A stretch of DNA of 46,725 nt. Source: an uncultured Bdellovibrionales bacterium. GTDB taxonomy: Bacteria; Pseudomonadota; Alphaproteobacteria; Micavibrionales; SZUA-601. The notes beneath the pieces were generated by a model, which saw only the letters and a program-made list of their open reading frames with translations, made no database searches and was not told the origin of the DNA. This document shows positions 35,991 through 45,104 of the stretch, in pieces. Each line of letters opens with the position of its first letter. Within the stretch, counting starts at the first letter, position 1. A program made the translations under genes and the position numbers. The stretch is from assembly GCA_964496065.1 (NCBI GenBank), contig CAZBXD010000009.1:1-46725 (forward strand), read 5' to 3'.

Positions 35991-36413
35991 ATGGCACAAA
36001 AAGTAATGAAGACTAAAGGCAAGGCCGGTGATTTTGAGAAGACCCTTGGAAAAATTCTCAAAAATTTGCGGGCATCGATGAATTATAATCAGGAAGATAT
36101 TGCTAAGGAAATCGGTGTTACATTTCAACAAATTCAAAAATATGAAGGAGGGACAAATCGCATTCCTCTTCATAACTTCCTGAAAATATGTAATTTTTTA
36201 AATATTAAACCGCAGGCCATCATTGGCAAAGTACAGGCAGCCAATCAAACTTTCTCTTTTGGTTTCGCAGAGACAGAACAGGCTGAATTTTCTGCTGACC
36301 TATTTGCACATCCAGAAACTGGACCTCTTATTAGAGAATATTTTAAAATTAAGGATCCAGAAAAACGTAAACAAGCTCTGGACATCCTTAAAACCTTCCA
36401 AGAAGACAAATAA
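35991..36413 (+). CDS. XRE-family helix-turn-helix transcriptional regulator
   Basis: HTH_3/Cro-C1 pattern LRASMNYNQEDIAKEIGVTFQQIQKYEGGTNRIPL; 140 aa. Confidence 0.8.
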   Translation: MAQKVMKTKGKAGDFEKTLGKILKNLRASMNYNQEDIAKEIGVTFQQIQKYEGGTNRIPLHNFLKICNFLNIKPQAIIGKVQAANQTFSFGFAETEQAEFSADLFAHPETGPLIREYFKIKDPEKRKQALDILKTFQEDK

Positions 36414-36500
36414 ATACGAATAGCCTCTTTTTCTTCGGCTAAAATCTGTCTAGAATCTTTTACTTATATATAAAAAAAATAAATAAAAGGATTTTTGGAC

Positions 36501-37679
36501 ATGAAAACTTTGGCATCTCGCTATGTATTTACCAGTGAGTCGGTATCAGAAGGGCACCCAGATAAAGTTAGTGATTTTATCTCCGATTCTGTTTTAGATG
36601 CTTATTTGGCTAAAGATGCCTATGCTCGTGTTGCTGTTGAAACTTTTGCGGCGAATAATTTTGTTGTTCTTGGTGGGGAAGTTCGCTCAAGACATGAGTT
36701 TTCAAAAGCGGATATTATTGATATCGTCCGTCAAGCAATTAAAAAAATTGGCTATGAACAGAAAAATTTTCATTGGCAACATGTCCCTATAGAGGTCAAA
36801 ATTCATAAACAATCGGATGACATTGCCCAAGGTGTTGATGAACTTAACGATAAGGAAGAAGGGGCAGGTGACCAAGGGATTATGTTTGGTTATGCTTGTC
36901 GTGAAACCGAAGAATTGATGCCTGCACCAATTCAATATGCGCATTCTATTCTAAAAACTCTGGCACAGGCGCGACATTTAGGCAAATTAGAGATGCTTGG
37001 CCCAGATGCAAAAAGCCAAGTGAGTTTAGTTTATGAAAATGGTAAACCGGTGTCCACGCAATCAATTGTGGTGTCAACACAACATAAAGAAGGCTATTCT
37101 CCCGAAGAGATCAAAAACATTATCCGTCCCTATGTTGAAGATGTTATTCCGGATGGTTGGATGTGTGAAGAAGATCAATTTTTGGTTAATCCAACAGGGC
37201 GCTTTGTCGTTGGCGGGCCAGAGGGAGATTGTGGATTAACGGGTCGTAAGATTATTGTTGATACCTATGGTGGTGCAGCGCTACACGGCGGTGGTGCCTT
37301 TTCGGGTAAAGATCCAACAAAAGTCGATCGTTCTGCAGCCTATATGTGCCGGTATTTGGCAAAAAACATTGTGGCTGCTGGGTTGGCTGATCAGTGTACA
37401 ATTCAAGTTTCTTATGCGATTGGGATCGCTCATCCGATTTCTGTCTATATCAATACCCATACAACAGGTCGCGTTGATGAGTATGAATTAGAAAAAGTGA
37501 TCCGTAGTCTTGTCGACCTTAGCCCAAAGGGGATTAGAACCCATCTTGGCTTAAATAAACCAATTTATGCGCGCACAGCCGCATATGGGCATTTTGGTCG
37601 CCAACCCGAAGACGATGGTGGTTTTTCATGGGAAAAAACTGATTTAGCAGAAGCTTTGATCAAAGCATTTGAAACATAG
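36501..37679 (+). CDS. metK: S-adenosylmethionine synthetase
   Basis: [25 protein letters not shown], and [19 protein letters not shown]. Start placed at ATG 36501, two codons inside the ORF-track TTG. Confidence 0.96.
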   Translation: MKTLASRYVFTSESVSEGHPDKVSDFISDSVLDAYLAKDAYARVAVETFAANNFVVLGGEVRSRHEFSKADIIDIVRQAIKKIGYEQKNFHWQHVPIEVKIHKQSDDIAQGVDELNDKEEGAGDQGIMFGYACRETEELMPAPIQYAHSILKTLAQARHLGKLEMLGPDAKSQVSLVYENGKPVSTQSIVVSTQHKEGYSPEEIKNIIRPYVEDVIPDGWMCEEDQFLVNPTGRFVVGGPEGDCGLTGRKIIVDTYGGAALHGGGAFSGKDPTKVDRSAAYMCRYLAKNIVAAGLADQCTIQVSYAIGIAHPISVYINTHTTGRVDEYELEKVIRSLVDLSPKGIRTHLGLNKPIYARTAAYGHFGRQPEDDGGFSWEKTDLAEALIKAFET

Positions 37680-37683
37680 GGCT

Positions 37684-38385
37684 ATGGTATATAAAAAACA
37701 ACCGGATCAGAGGTTTTATGGTCGTCGTCATGGTCGTCCCCTTAATCAGGGACGGCAAAAAGCACTAGAACAGATGTCGTATCAATACGGCGTCACCGTT
37801 TCTGAGGATCAATCTCCGCAATCGATTGATCCAAAAGATTTTTTTGAGGATTTAACACCAGAGATTTGGCTCGAAATTGGTTTTGGTAATGGTGAACATC
37901 TGGTTGCTCAGGCAGTCGCTAATTCTAAAATTGGAATGATTGGTTGTGAACCTTTTATCAATGGGGTCTCAGCGCTTTATAAATCGGTCGAAGAGCAGAA
38001 AATCGATAATATTCGTGTCTGGGCAGATGATATGCGACCGTTTTTAGATAAACTCCAATCAGACAGTATCAGCCGGGTTTTTGTCCTTTTCCCTGACCCA
38101 TGGCCAAAGACACGCCATCATAAACGTCGCATTATTAACCAAGAAAATCTTAACCGTATTGCGCGTGTTTTGAAGATTGGCGGTGTCCTGCGCTTGGCAA
38201 GTGATCATGCAGGAATGGCAGAGTGGATGTTAAATGAATGCCTTGTGCATAAACAGTTGGAATGGACAGCAACATCAAAAGATGATTGGCAAAAAGAACC
38301 TGGGGATTGGCTTGTCAGGACCCGTTATCAGGAAAAAGCCAAGGCTGGAAAGGTAAACTGGTTCATCGAATGCCAAAAGATTTAA
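37684..38385 (+). CDS. trmB: tRNA (guanine46-N7)-methyltransferase
   Basis: LEIGFGNGEHL SAM-binding motif and FPDPWPKTRHHKRR. Start placed at ATG 37684. Confidence 0.92.
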   Translation: MVYKKQPDQRFYGRRHGRPLNQGRQKALEQMSYQYGVTVSEDQSPQSIDPKDFFEDLTPEIWLEIGFGNGEHLVAQAVANSKIGMIGCEPFINGVSALYKSVEEQKIDNIRVWADDMRPFLDKLQSDSISRVFVLFPDPWPKTRHHKRRIINQENLNRIARVLKIGGVLRLASDHAGMAEWMLNECLVHKQLEWTATSKDDWQKEPGDWLVRTRYQEKAKAGKVNWFIECQKI

Positions 38386-38858
38386 ACTTTTTCATCTGTT
38401 GAAAATGCTTTCATAACATCAGATGAGGGCATTTCTGCCATATTTTTATCGTCCGGATTCTTTTTTTCTTCTTCTTTTTCAGGTTTTAATCCAGCCATAA
38501 TATTACGATTAACCTCGATCAGTGCGTCAATATCGCCTGTGCCATCAATGACTTCAGACGTCTCGCGCTCAATCCATAAAGATAAAGAGACAAGAGAAGC
38601 TCTTAATTCTTTTGGGAGAGCGTTATTTTCATTACTCAGATCAAGACGTAGAGCTGACCAAACGTCACGGTTTCGCAAAGCAGCTGTAACCCGCTTTTTA
38701 ACATCACTAGGTGTTTTGAGAGCCTCAGATAGGTCATGCGTCACCTGTGCTAGTAATCGATATTCAACATCACGAGCATTACCCGTTTTGTTTTGAACTT
38801 GCGTATAGGCGCTATAACCGTCATTTGTCATGAATTGACCATTATCTAAGTGAGACAT
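38382..38858 (-). CDS. flaF: Flagellar biosynthesis regulator FlaF
   Basis: It matches the remembered Caulobacter/Rhizobium FlaF pattern: AYTQVQNKT..ARDVEYRLLAQVT....NRDVWSAL..DL....NALP..LRASLVSLSLW......LIEVNRNIMAGL. It carries an extra charged C-terminal tail of about 35 aa. Confidence 0.8.
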   Translation of the reverse strand: MSHLDNGQFMTNDGYSAYTQVQNKTGNARDVEYRLLAQVTHDLSEALKTPSDVKKRVTAALRNRDVWSALRLDLSNENNALPKELRASLVSLSLWIERETSEVIDGTGDIDALIEVNRNIMAGLKPEKEEEKKNPDDKNMAEMPSSDVMKAFSTDEKV

Positions 38859-38914
38859 ATCTAAAGCCTATTATGCTGTTTTACGTTTAATATTGTGTGA
38901 ACTCTTAACGTTTT

Positions 38915-38955
38915 TTCAGACAAACGAAACCCGGCTGACATTAGCCAACCGGGTT
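38915..38955 (-). terminator. Probable intrinsic terminator after flgE
   Basis: The minus strand reads AACCCGGTTGgctaatgtCAGCCGGGTT, a 10-bp stem including one G-U pair, followed by the U-rich TCGTTTGTCT. Confidence 0.5.
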
Positions 38956-38970
38956 GTCGCTTTCCCCTAA

Positions 38971-40920
38971 TTATCTCAGACGGAGGAGTTCTTCTAGCAT
39001 TTCATCACTTGTACTAATCACCCGGGTACCAGCTGAATAAGCACGTTGCGTAATGATCATTTTAGAAAACTCGTCTGCTAAATCGACATTTGAGGCTTCC
39101 AAGGCGCTGCTTTCAACAAGACCAGCGCCACCAGCCCCCGCTTCGCGTAAGTTGAATTCACCACTGTCATTACTTTCTTGGTAAACATTCCCGTTTTGAA
39201 CGTTAAGGCCGTTCGAATTGGCGAAAGTAGCAATCGGCAGTTTGTATAGTTCTGCCGTTTCACCATTACTGAAACGTGCCGTTACGATACCATCATTGTC
39301 AATACTAACACCTGTTCTTAAGCCAAGTTCAGCACCGTTTTGCTCAACAAAGACAACGTTATAGTCACCGGCGTATTGGCTGAAGGATGTCAGGTCAACT
39401 GTGATGTCTTGTGGATCAGAACCATTCCCCCAATTAACCGCTGTCAGGTTCAAACTGGGTGGATCATCTTGAGCGTTGATTGAACCATCCCCGTTGAAAT
39501 TGATGGACCCTTGGGTCAGGGTGATCCCGTTACCGTCAACAATCTCAAGCTCCCACCAATTTTGTGGGTTGGCTGGGTTTTCGAGCGCTGATAGCACAGT
39601 CGGTGCCGCTGGTGGGAAAAATGTTCCTGCCACCAAGCCAAGATCGGCAAAACCGGCAACAGATATCTCAGGTAGGGCACCGCCAACTCCAGCTACTGTT
39701 AAGTTATCACCAAAATTATCTGTTGCAATGATAATGCGACCATCAACATCAAATTGAGCATTGATATCAGTTAGAGCATTAATCTGTGCAACCAGATCAG
39801 CTGCGCTATCTCCTTCAGAGATTGTTACTGTTTGCGGTGCTGCCGCTCCGGCTTGAAGTGTAAAGGTTCTTGCGGCACGATCTGTTGTACCAAAAGAGAA
39901 CCCCATTGCTAGTAAGTTAGCCTCTGAAATCGGTTGGCTACCACCAGCACGAATTTCAATTTGGGTTGTAGCGTCAAGTTGGACCGTGTTACCAGGTCCA
40001 ACAGAGGCTGGTGCACCAGTGAAACCAGCATTGATCGCAGCAACAAGAGCAGTTTGATCCCATGCCGGGTCAACAGAAACAGTGGTTGTTTCACCATTGA
40101 GTTCAATAACAAAGCTGTCTCCCAGTGTCACGCCTGGCGCAACCGCACCAATTGTTGCAGCAAGGTCAACAGTACTGTTAAAAGTTGCTGTTGAGTTTAG
40201 GTTTGGTAGATCATCAAAAATATTAGCAGTGTCTTCAACATCAATCGTTCCTGCCAAAGTAGAAGTAGGCGAGGTATGATGTTTAAATTGCATTGTTAAA
40301 TCTTGACCTTCACCAAGGCTATCAAAAACACGGAACGAACGCGTGAAATGCGCTTGTTCAGAACCGCTGAGTGGGTATGTATAGGGGACCTGTTCAGCGT
40401 CCAGGTTCAAACCAATCTCAGCCTGAGTTGTTGGGCGGGTAATCCCACCAAGGAAGGCAACATCAACCGGTACCAAACTGCTTAGGTCAGCACTGGCAGC
40501 TGGGATATTCCCATCCGTATCCAATGGCCAGCCAAGGAGGTATTTACCTGCGGTGTTGACAAGCTGTCCTTGAGAGTTTTCAGAAAATTGACCAGCACGC
40601 GTATAGAGCGGTTCTTGGCCAGCCTCAAGAGAGTTTTGCACCACAAAGAAGCCATTCCCAGAAATTGCAATGTCGGTCGCAGAACGGCTTTGTTGAATAA
40701 TCCCTTGTTGGTCAATGCGCTGTTGGGTTGAGGCCCGCACTGCACCAGGAGAGAACGCTGTAGAACGTCCTTGGGTTGTAACCAAGCTCTCAAAGCTCGC
40801 TTCAGTTCTTTTGTACCCGATTGTGTTAACATTGGCGATGTTATCAGAAATCATCCCCATAGATTGTGACTGCGCGTTTAACGCTGACACACCTGCAAAT
40901 AAAGCACCATATAAACTCAT
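38971..40920 (-). CDS. flgE: Flagellar hook protein FlgE (long form with a central insertion)
   Basis: N-terminal MSLYGALFAGVSALNAQSQSMGMISDNIANVNTIGYK, C-terminal SNVDLADEFSKMIITQRAYSAGTRVISTSDEMLEELLRL; 649 aa. Confidence 0.95.
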   Translation of the reverse strand: MSLYGALFAGVSALNAQSQSMGMISDNIANVNTIGYKRTEASFESLVTTQGRSTAFSPGAVRASTQQRIDQQGIIQQSRSATDIAISGNGFFVVQNSLEAGQEPLYTRAGQFSENSQGQLVNTAGKYLLGWPLDTDGNIPAASADLSSLVPVDVAFLGGITRPTTQAEIGLNLDAEQVPYTYPLSGSEQAHFTRSFRVFDSLGEGQDLTMQFKHHTSPTSTLAGTIDVEDTANIFDDLPNLNSTATFNSTVDLAATIGAVAPGVTLGDSFVIELNGETTTVSVDPAWDQTALVAAINAGFTGAPASVGPGNTVQLDATTQIEIRAGGSQPISEANLLAMGFSFGTTDRAARTFTLQAGAAAPQTVTISEGDSAADLVAQINALTDINAQFDVDGRIIIATDNFGDNLTVAGVGGALPEISVAGFADLGLVAGTFFPPAAPTVLSALENPANPQNWWELEIVDGNGITLTQGSINFNGDGSINAQDDPPSLNLTAVNWGNGSDPQDITVDLTSFSQYAGDYNVVFVEQNGAELGLRTGVSIDNDGIVTARFSNGETAELYKLPIATFANSNGLNVQNGNVYQESNDSGEFNLREAGAGGAGLVESSALEASNVDLADEFSKMIITQRAYSAGTRVISTSDEMLEELLRLR

Positions 40921-40969
40921 TTTTTATCTCCTTTTATATGTTCAGATCGTTAGGGTTCTTAGTTATTGT

Positions 40970-41641
40970 TTATCCTCTTACAGAAAGAATGGTGTCGATA
41001 CCGACAATCAAATCATCCATCACAAGGACAACTTGGCCATCAATAACTTCAACACCGCTGACAAGGCCGGGGACAAGGCTACTCGTTTGGATAGCTCTCC
41101 CTTCGGCGTTCTGCGCGCCGACCTGAAGTTCGTATTGTCCTGGTGGTACTGGATTTCCATTATCATCTAGCCCATCCCAGTCAAGCAGGTGTTCTCCTGC
41201 GCTTGTCGATCCAGAGAAAGACCGGATGACATTATTACTTTGATCCAAGATTGTGATAACTGTTTCTGCTGCATCATCAACAAGGAAATAACTCATCTCA
41301 AGCTCAGAGGTGCCATCATAGCTAAAGCGTGACCCTTCATAACGCACCTCCTTGCCAATAAAACCAATAGCATTATTAATTGTTGACGCACGCTGAAGGC
41401 CAACAAGTTCTTCCAACCGTTCATTTTGAGCAATTTGCTGTTCTACTTGTGAAAATTGTACAAGCTGATTGGTAAACTCAGTTGAGTCAAGTGGATCAAG
41501 AGGGTCTTGGTTTTGTAGCTGTGTTGTCAGTAATGTCAAAAATTGATCAAAATCATTGCCTAATGATGTTGTGGATTGATCAATAGCTGCAGTATCTGCA
41601 AGTGAAAGGCCGCCTAGTGTTAAAAATTGTGGGTCAATCAT
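40970..41641 (-). CDS. flgD: Flagellar hook capping/assembly protein FlgD
   Basis: FLTLLTTQLQNQDPLDPLDSTEFTNQLVQFSQVEQ is the canonical FlgD N-terminal motif, with a FlgD Ig-like C-terminus. Confidence 0.93.
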   Translation of the reverse strand: MIDPQFLTLGGLSLADTAAIDQSTTSLGNDFDQFLTLLTTQLQNQDPLDPLDSTEFTNQLVQFSQVEQQIAQNERLEELVGLQRASTINNAIGFIGKEVRYEGSRFSYDGTSELEMSYFLVDDAAETVITILDQSNNVIRSFSGSTSAGEHLLDWDGLDDNGNPVPPGQYELQVGAQNAEGRAIQTSSLVPGLVSGVEVIDGQVVLVMDDLIVGIDTILSVRG

Positions 41642-41652
41642 TATAGTTTCCT

Positions 41653-43248
41653 TTATGCTTTATAATTCACGCGATACTTACTAAAGACAGCAGAGTCGAG
41701 AGCTGCGCCAGATAATTGAATGCGATCAGTGGACAAATCCTCATTGTTATGACTGCCACGACGTGCAAAACGTTCGTGCTTTTTAAACCCATCGTGTCCA
41801 TCACCGCGCAGATCAAAACTTAAGTCTTTTGCACCAACATCAAGACCAGCATTTTGCAGTGCTTTTTCAAGATGGGCAGAATCTTTTTGGAGAAGCTGAA
41901 GCGTTTCTGAGCGATCTGCCAGAACACGAGCGGTTGTCCGGCCATCGTTATTAACTGTCAAATGCACTTCAACGCGTCCTAATTCTGCTGGGTGGAGTTG
42001 AATATTCATCCGTGATTGGTTTTGTGCATTTTTTTGAATATGGACTAGCACTTGTTGCACAGCGGGGCTGGGCGGTAGTAATGTTCGCGCGCTTTGCTGA
42101 GCGGTCGGCTTTGTTGTGTTAAGGGCATTTTGAAGAGAGTCAGCTACACCCCCTCTGACATCAAAGCTCTGACTAAAATCCCCATTTGCATCAATTGATG
42201 ACAGAAAAGATCCATCAGCGTTCAAGCCAACAGAGGCAAGAGAGAAACTCTGTGCATTAGATTTTTTGGCATTTGCCGCTGCGGTTGAATGGATCGTTAC
42301 GCCCCCTGTTTGACCTGTGTTAGCCTGTGCTTGCAGAAGGGCTGCTTTTTTATTTGATGGCACTTTTGAAATTACATCTGGGCGTGCGATTAACCCGTCA
42401 ATAGTTTCGTCCCCTTTAAGATTTAGGGTTGTTGTAGAGCCACCATTTAAAGTTACTTTGAGGTCATCAACAATTTTGCTAAGAGCAAGCTCAGGTGTTA
42501 AAGTCTCGTTATCAGATAATTTATTCTCAAGGTGTGCAATAAGATTGCTAATATTTTTTGCAAGCTCATTAAGCGCTTTTTCACTACCTGGGTTTTCGAT
42601 TCCTTCAAGCCGTTGATGAATGTTTTCAAGCAAGTTTGTAAGGCGCTTGATAACGACTTCAGCGTTTTCAACCGGTTGATCATGTGTTTGTTTCGTTTTT
42701 ATGCTTTCTATAATTTTTTCATGAATATCTTCCGGCTTTTCAGTACTTTTTACCAAACCGCTAACATCTTCATCTTTGATGGCTACACGAAGTTTAGAAA
42801 ACAAGTCAGTATCTTCGATTAAGCTAATAAAGTCTTCCGCTGGAAGTTCACCATCGCTAATTTTTTTAAGTTGGTTAACAATATCGGCTGATAAGTTAAG
42901 ATCACCCTCAGCATTCAAATCAATAAAAAGACCAGCTAGTTCACGAATAAAGAGTTGGTTTTCAGCGCTAAGCCCGTTGGCATCTTGGATTAGGTTAAAT
43001 TGTTCTGTGATTTGCCCAAGAATGTTAAAAAGTGGAGAGTTTTTATCAATGACACCCTCAGAAAGATCTTGTTGAATGGCGTTGAGATCACCCTCGCTTA
43101 CATTCATACCCCCAAGATGCGCCATTAGAAAATCAGCAAAGGTTGTTTCGGCTGATGCTAAATCACCCTGTGCCCCTGCGATGCCGCTGGCGATTCCTGA
43201 GGCTGTATTTGCTTGTGCTGTTGGTACAGTCGCAATTGGATTTGTCAC
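41653..43248 (-). CDS. fliK: Flagellar hook-length control protein FliK
   Basis: C-terminal Flg_hook domain (MNIQLHPAELGRVEVHLTVNNDGRTTARVLADRSETLQLLQKDSAHLEKALQNAGL), a low-complexity N-terminal ruler region, a GTG start, and a position upstream of flgD-flgE. Confidence 0.85.
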   Translation of the reverse strand: MTNPIATVPTAQANTASGIASGIAGAQGDLASAETTFADFLMAHLGGMNVSEGDLNAIQQDLSEGVIDKNSPLFNILGQITEQFNLIQDANGLSAENQLFIRELAGLFIDLNAEGDLNLSADIVNQLKKISDGELPAEDFISLIEDTDLFSKLRVAIKDEDVSGLVKSTEKPEDIHEKIIESIKTKQTHDQPVENAEVVIKRLTNLLENIHQRLEGIENPGSEKALNELAKNISNLIAHLENKLSDNETLTPELALSKIVDDLKVTLNGGSTTTLNLKGDETIDGLIARPDVISKVPSNKKAALLQAQANTGQTGGVTIHSTAAANAKKSNAQSFSLASVGLNADGSFLSSIDANGDFSQSFDVRGGVADSLQNALNTTKPTAQQSARTLLPPSPAVQQVLVHIQKNAQNQSRMNIQLHPAELGRVEVHLTVNNDGRTTARVLADRSETLQLLQKDSAHLEKALQNAGLDVGAKDLSFDLRGDGHDGFKKHERFARRGSHNNEDLSTDRIQLSGAALDSAVFSKYRVNYKA

Positions 43249-43313
43249 GGTGCTTACCCTTAAGCGTTGTTCTTCTTTTATGAATGGGTAAACCTTCTGT
43301 TCGCGTTATTAGA

Positions 43314-43329
43314 TGCAAGGGATGTGCCA
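43314..43329 (-). promoter_or_regulatory. Sigma-54 (RpoN) promoter, TGGCAC-N5-TTGCA
   Basis: The minus strand reads TGGCACATCCCTTGCA, a perfect match to the -24/-12 consensus. The -12 GC is about 67 nt upstream of the fliK GTG, in the ftsX-fliK spacer. Confidence 0.75.
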
Positions 43330-43447
43330 AATGGCGCTATTAAGTGTAGAACTTTGATTTACAAATGTTTTTTAGGTTTTTTCTTGATGTGGTAACAGAA
43401 ACAGCCCTAGGAAAAAAAGATCATTCCCTTGGTACACGGCAATTATT

Positions 43448-44356
43448 TCAGGGTAATTTTTTCAAGGCATGAATAACCGTCATCCGGCTCACTAGCATGG
43501 TCAGCAGAACAATCACAACAGGAACACAGGCAAAGAGCATGATGATTTGAGGGTTAATCATAAAGCTTGGCATCAAGGCTTCTTGAATATCTGGTCCAAT
43601 ATAGCGGGCAATCAGGAGGGTCAAAGAACCAAGAAATAGCCCAACAAGAGATCCTTCTAGCGCTAAGCGCATGGTTTGCCGTTGAAATTGACGCGCAATA
43701 TAAAGATCAGAAGCACCGATCAAATGCAGCAGATCTACTTCATCATGATGGAGAGCTAAACGAGTGCGTGCTGCGTTAGAGACTGCAATCAAGGCGGTCG
43801 TGAGCATAATCGCCGCAATCCCAAAGACAACAAATCGAATAGCTTTTGAAAAGGATAAAACATCATCAAGCCAATCTTCATGGGCATTAATAATGGCTTG
43901 GCGGTCAATTTTCTGAATTGTTTTTGTCAGTTCTATTAAATTAACGGGTTGTTTTGGGTCAAGCCTGACATCAATCAGGGATGGGATCGGTAGAATGGTT
44001 CCCATCGCAGTATTCAGGTCACCAAACCAAGGTTTAACCATATCCATAACTTGTTCGGGGGGGATGATAACGGCTTGGATCCCTGCGGTGTCATTCAAGG
44101 CCTCTTCAATTAAAGCAACAGTTTGCTCCATATCTTTATTATTAGCATCATAAGGGATTTCAACCGTCATTCGGTCTTGAATACTTCCGGTCCAATGTTG
44201 TGTTAAACTGTTTAGACCTAAAATCATAACGATGGATAACACAGCTAAATAACTCATCAAACCAATGAGCCAGACCAGCATATGCCCCCCTGTCCCACGG
44301 TGGAGGGGCAGGTCATAGCGCCGGTTGGTTTTTTCTTTCAAGATAGTACTGATCAT
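43448..44356 (-). CDS. ftsX: Cell division ABC transporter permease-like protein FtsX
   Basis: 4-TM FtsX topology with a periplasmic loop after TM1. It overlaps the ftsE stop by 4 nt. Confidence 0.85.
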   Translation of the reverse strand: MISTILKEKTNRRYDLPLHRGTGGHMLVWLIGLMSYLAVLSIVMILGLNSLTQHWTGSIQDRMTVEIPYDANNKDMEQTVALIEEALNDTAGIQAVIIPPEQVMDMVKPWFGDLNTAMGTILPIPSLIDVRLDPKQPVNLIELTKTIQKIDRQAIINAHEDWLDDVLSFSKAIRFVVFGIAAIMLTTALIAVSNAARTRLALHHDEVDLLHLIGASDLYIARQFQRQTMRLALEGSLVGLFLGSLTLLIARYIGPDIQEALMPSFMINPQIIMLFACVPVVIVLLTMLVSRMTVIHALKKLP

Positions 44357-45036
44357 GCGGCATTAGCCTTTTTGACGGTTTGGCTGATATGGACAGCCCC
44401 CTGTGATAGGCGCAGTTCGGGATGACCAAATTTTTCGACAATTTTTTCATTATGCGTGGCAACCAAAACCGTTGTCCCCATCCGGTTCAGCTCATCAAAA
44501 AGATGCATGAGTTTGATACCAATCTCGTCATCTAAATTCCCCGTTGGTTCATCGGCCAGCAAGAGCCGGGGACGATTAATCACAGCCCGGGCAATCGCAA
44601 CTCTTTGCTTTTGTCCCCCCGATAGGATGGATGGTTTTGAATGCATGTGATCTCCCAAGCCTACCCATTTCAATAGCTCTGAGACATTGCTGATCACACG
44701 TTTTTCATCTTTGCCATCAATCCTCAGAGGCAGGGCGACATTGTCAAAAACACTCAAATGATCGAGTAGACGAAACTCTTGAAAAACGACACCAATTTGC
44801 CGCCGTAATGGCATAAGGTCTTCGCGTGGTAATTTATGAATTTTGTGGCCCAACATAGTCACCAGACCGCGGGTCGGACGGCGCCCGAGGTAAAGCAGGC
44901 GCATAAGGGAGGTTTTACCTGCGCCAGACGGCCCGGTCAGAAAATGAAAGGAGCCCGGCTGGAGAGTGAACGAGATATCGTGCAGAACCTCTGGCCCCGT
45001 GCCATAGCGCAGCGCTACATTTTCAAATTTAATCAC
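44353..45036 (-). CDS. ftsE: Cell division ATP-binding protein FtsE
   Basis: Walker A GPSGAGKTS, signature LSGGQKQR, Walker B LLLADEPTGNLD. The start is reassigned to GTG at 45036 (VIKFENVALRYG), preceded by GGGGGGG 7 nt upstream. The ORF-track start at 45090 adds 18 non-conserved residues. Confidence 0.9.
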   Translation of the reverse strand: MIKFENVALRYGTGPEVLHDISFTLQPGSFHFLTGPSGAGKTSLMRLLYLGRRPTRGLVTMLGHKIHKLPREDLMPLRRQIGVVFQEFRLLDHLSVFDNVALPLRIDGKDEKRVISNVSELLKWVGLGDHMHSKPSILSGGQKQRVAIARAVINRPRLLLADEPTGNLDDEIGIKLMHLFDELNRMGTTVLVATHNEKIVEKFGHPELRLSQGAVHISQTVKKANAA

Positions 45037-45104
45037 AATAAAACCCCCCCATGATCCTGAGGGGGTAGTATAACCTGCTCTATCTGACACGACAATGCCT
45101 CAGG

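Noticed and set aside
36414-36500. I looked for a SAM riboswitch (SAM-II/SAM-V type) in the spacer upstream of metK.
   Set aside because: The spacer is only 87 nt and extremely AT-rich. It has only a weak TAGCC/GGCTA stem and none of the conserved pseudoknot sequences I remember for SAM-II or SAM-V.
38887-38901. CtrA-box-like TTAA-N7-TGAA upstream of flaF. Similar one-mismatch sites lie upstream of rpoZ (about 24796-24810, TTAA-N7-TAAC) and the XRE gene (about 35902-35916, TTAA-N7-TAAT).
   Set aside because: Each has a mismatch in one half-site. TTAA-type motifs are expected frequently by chance in AT-rich spacers. I cannot evaluate them without a PWM score and background statistics.
45037-45090. 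The 18-codon N-terminal extension of ftsE in the ORF track (MSDRAGYTTPSGSWGGFI).
   Set aside because: FtsE orthologues begin at the MIxFxNV segment. A GTG with a G7 Shine-Dalgarno-like run at optimal spacing sits exactly there (45036), so the extension is probably untranslated.
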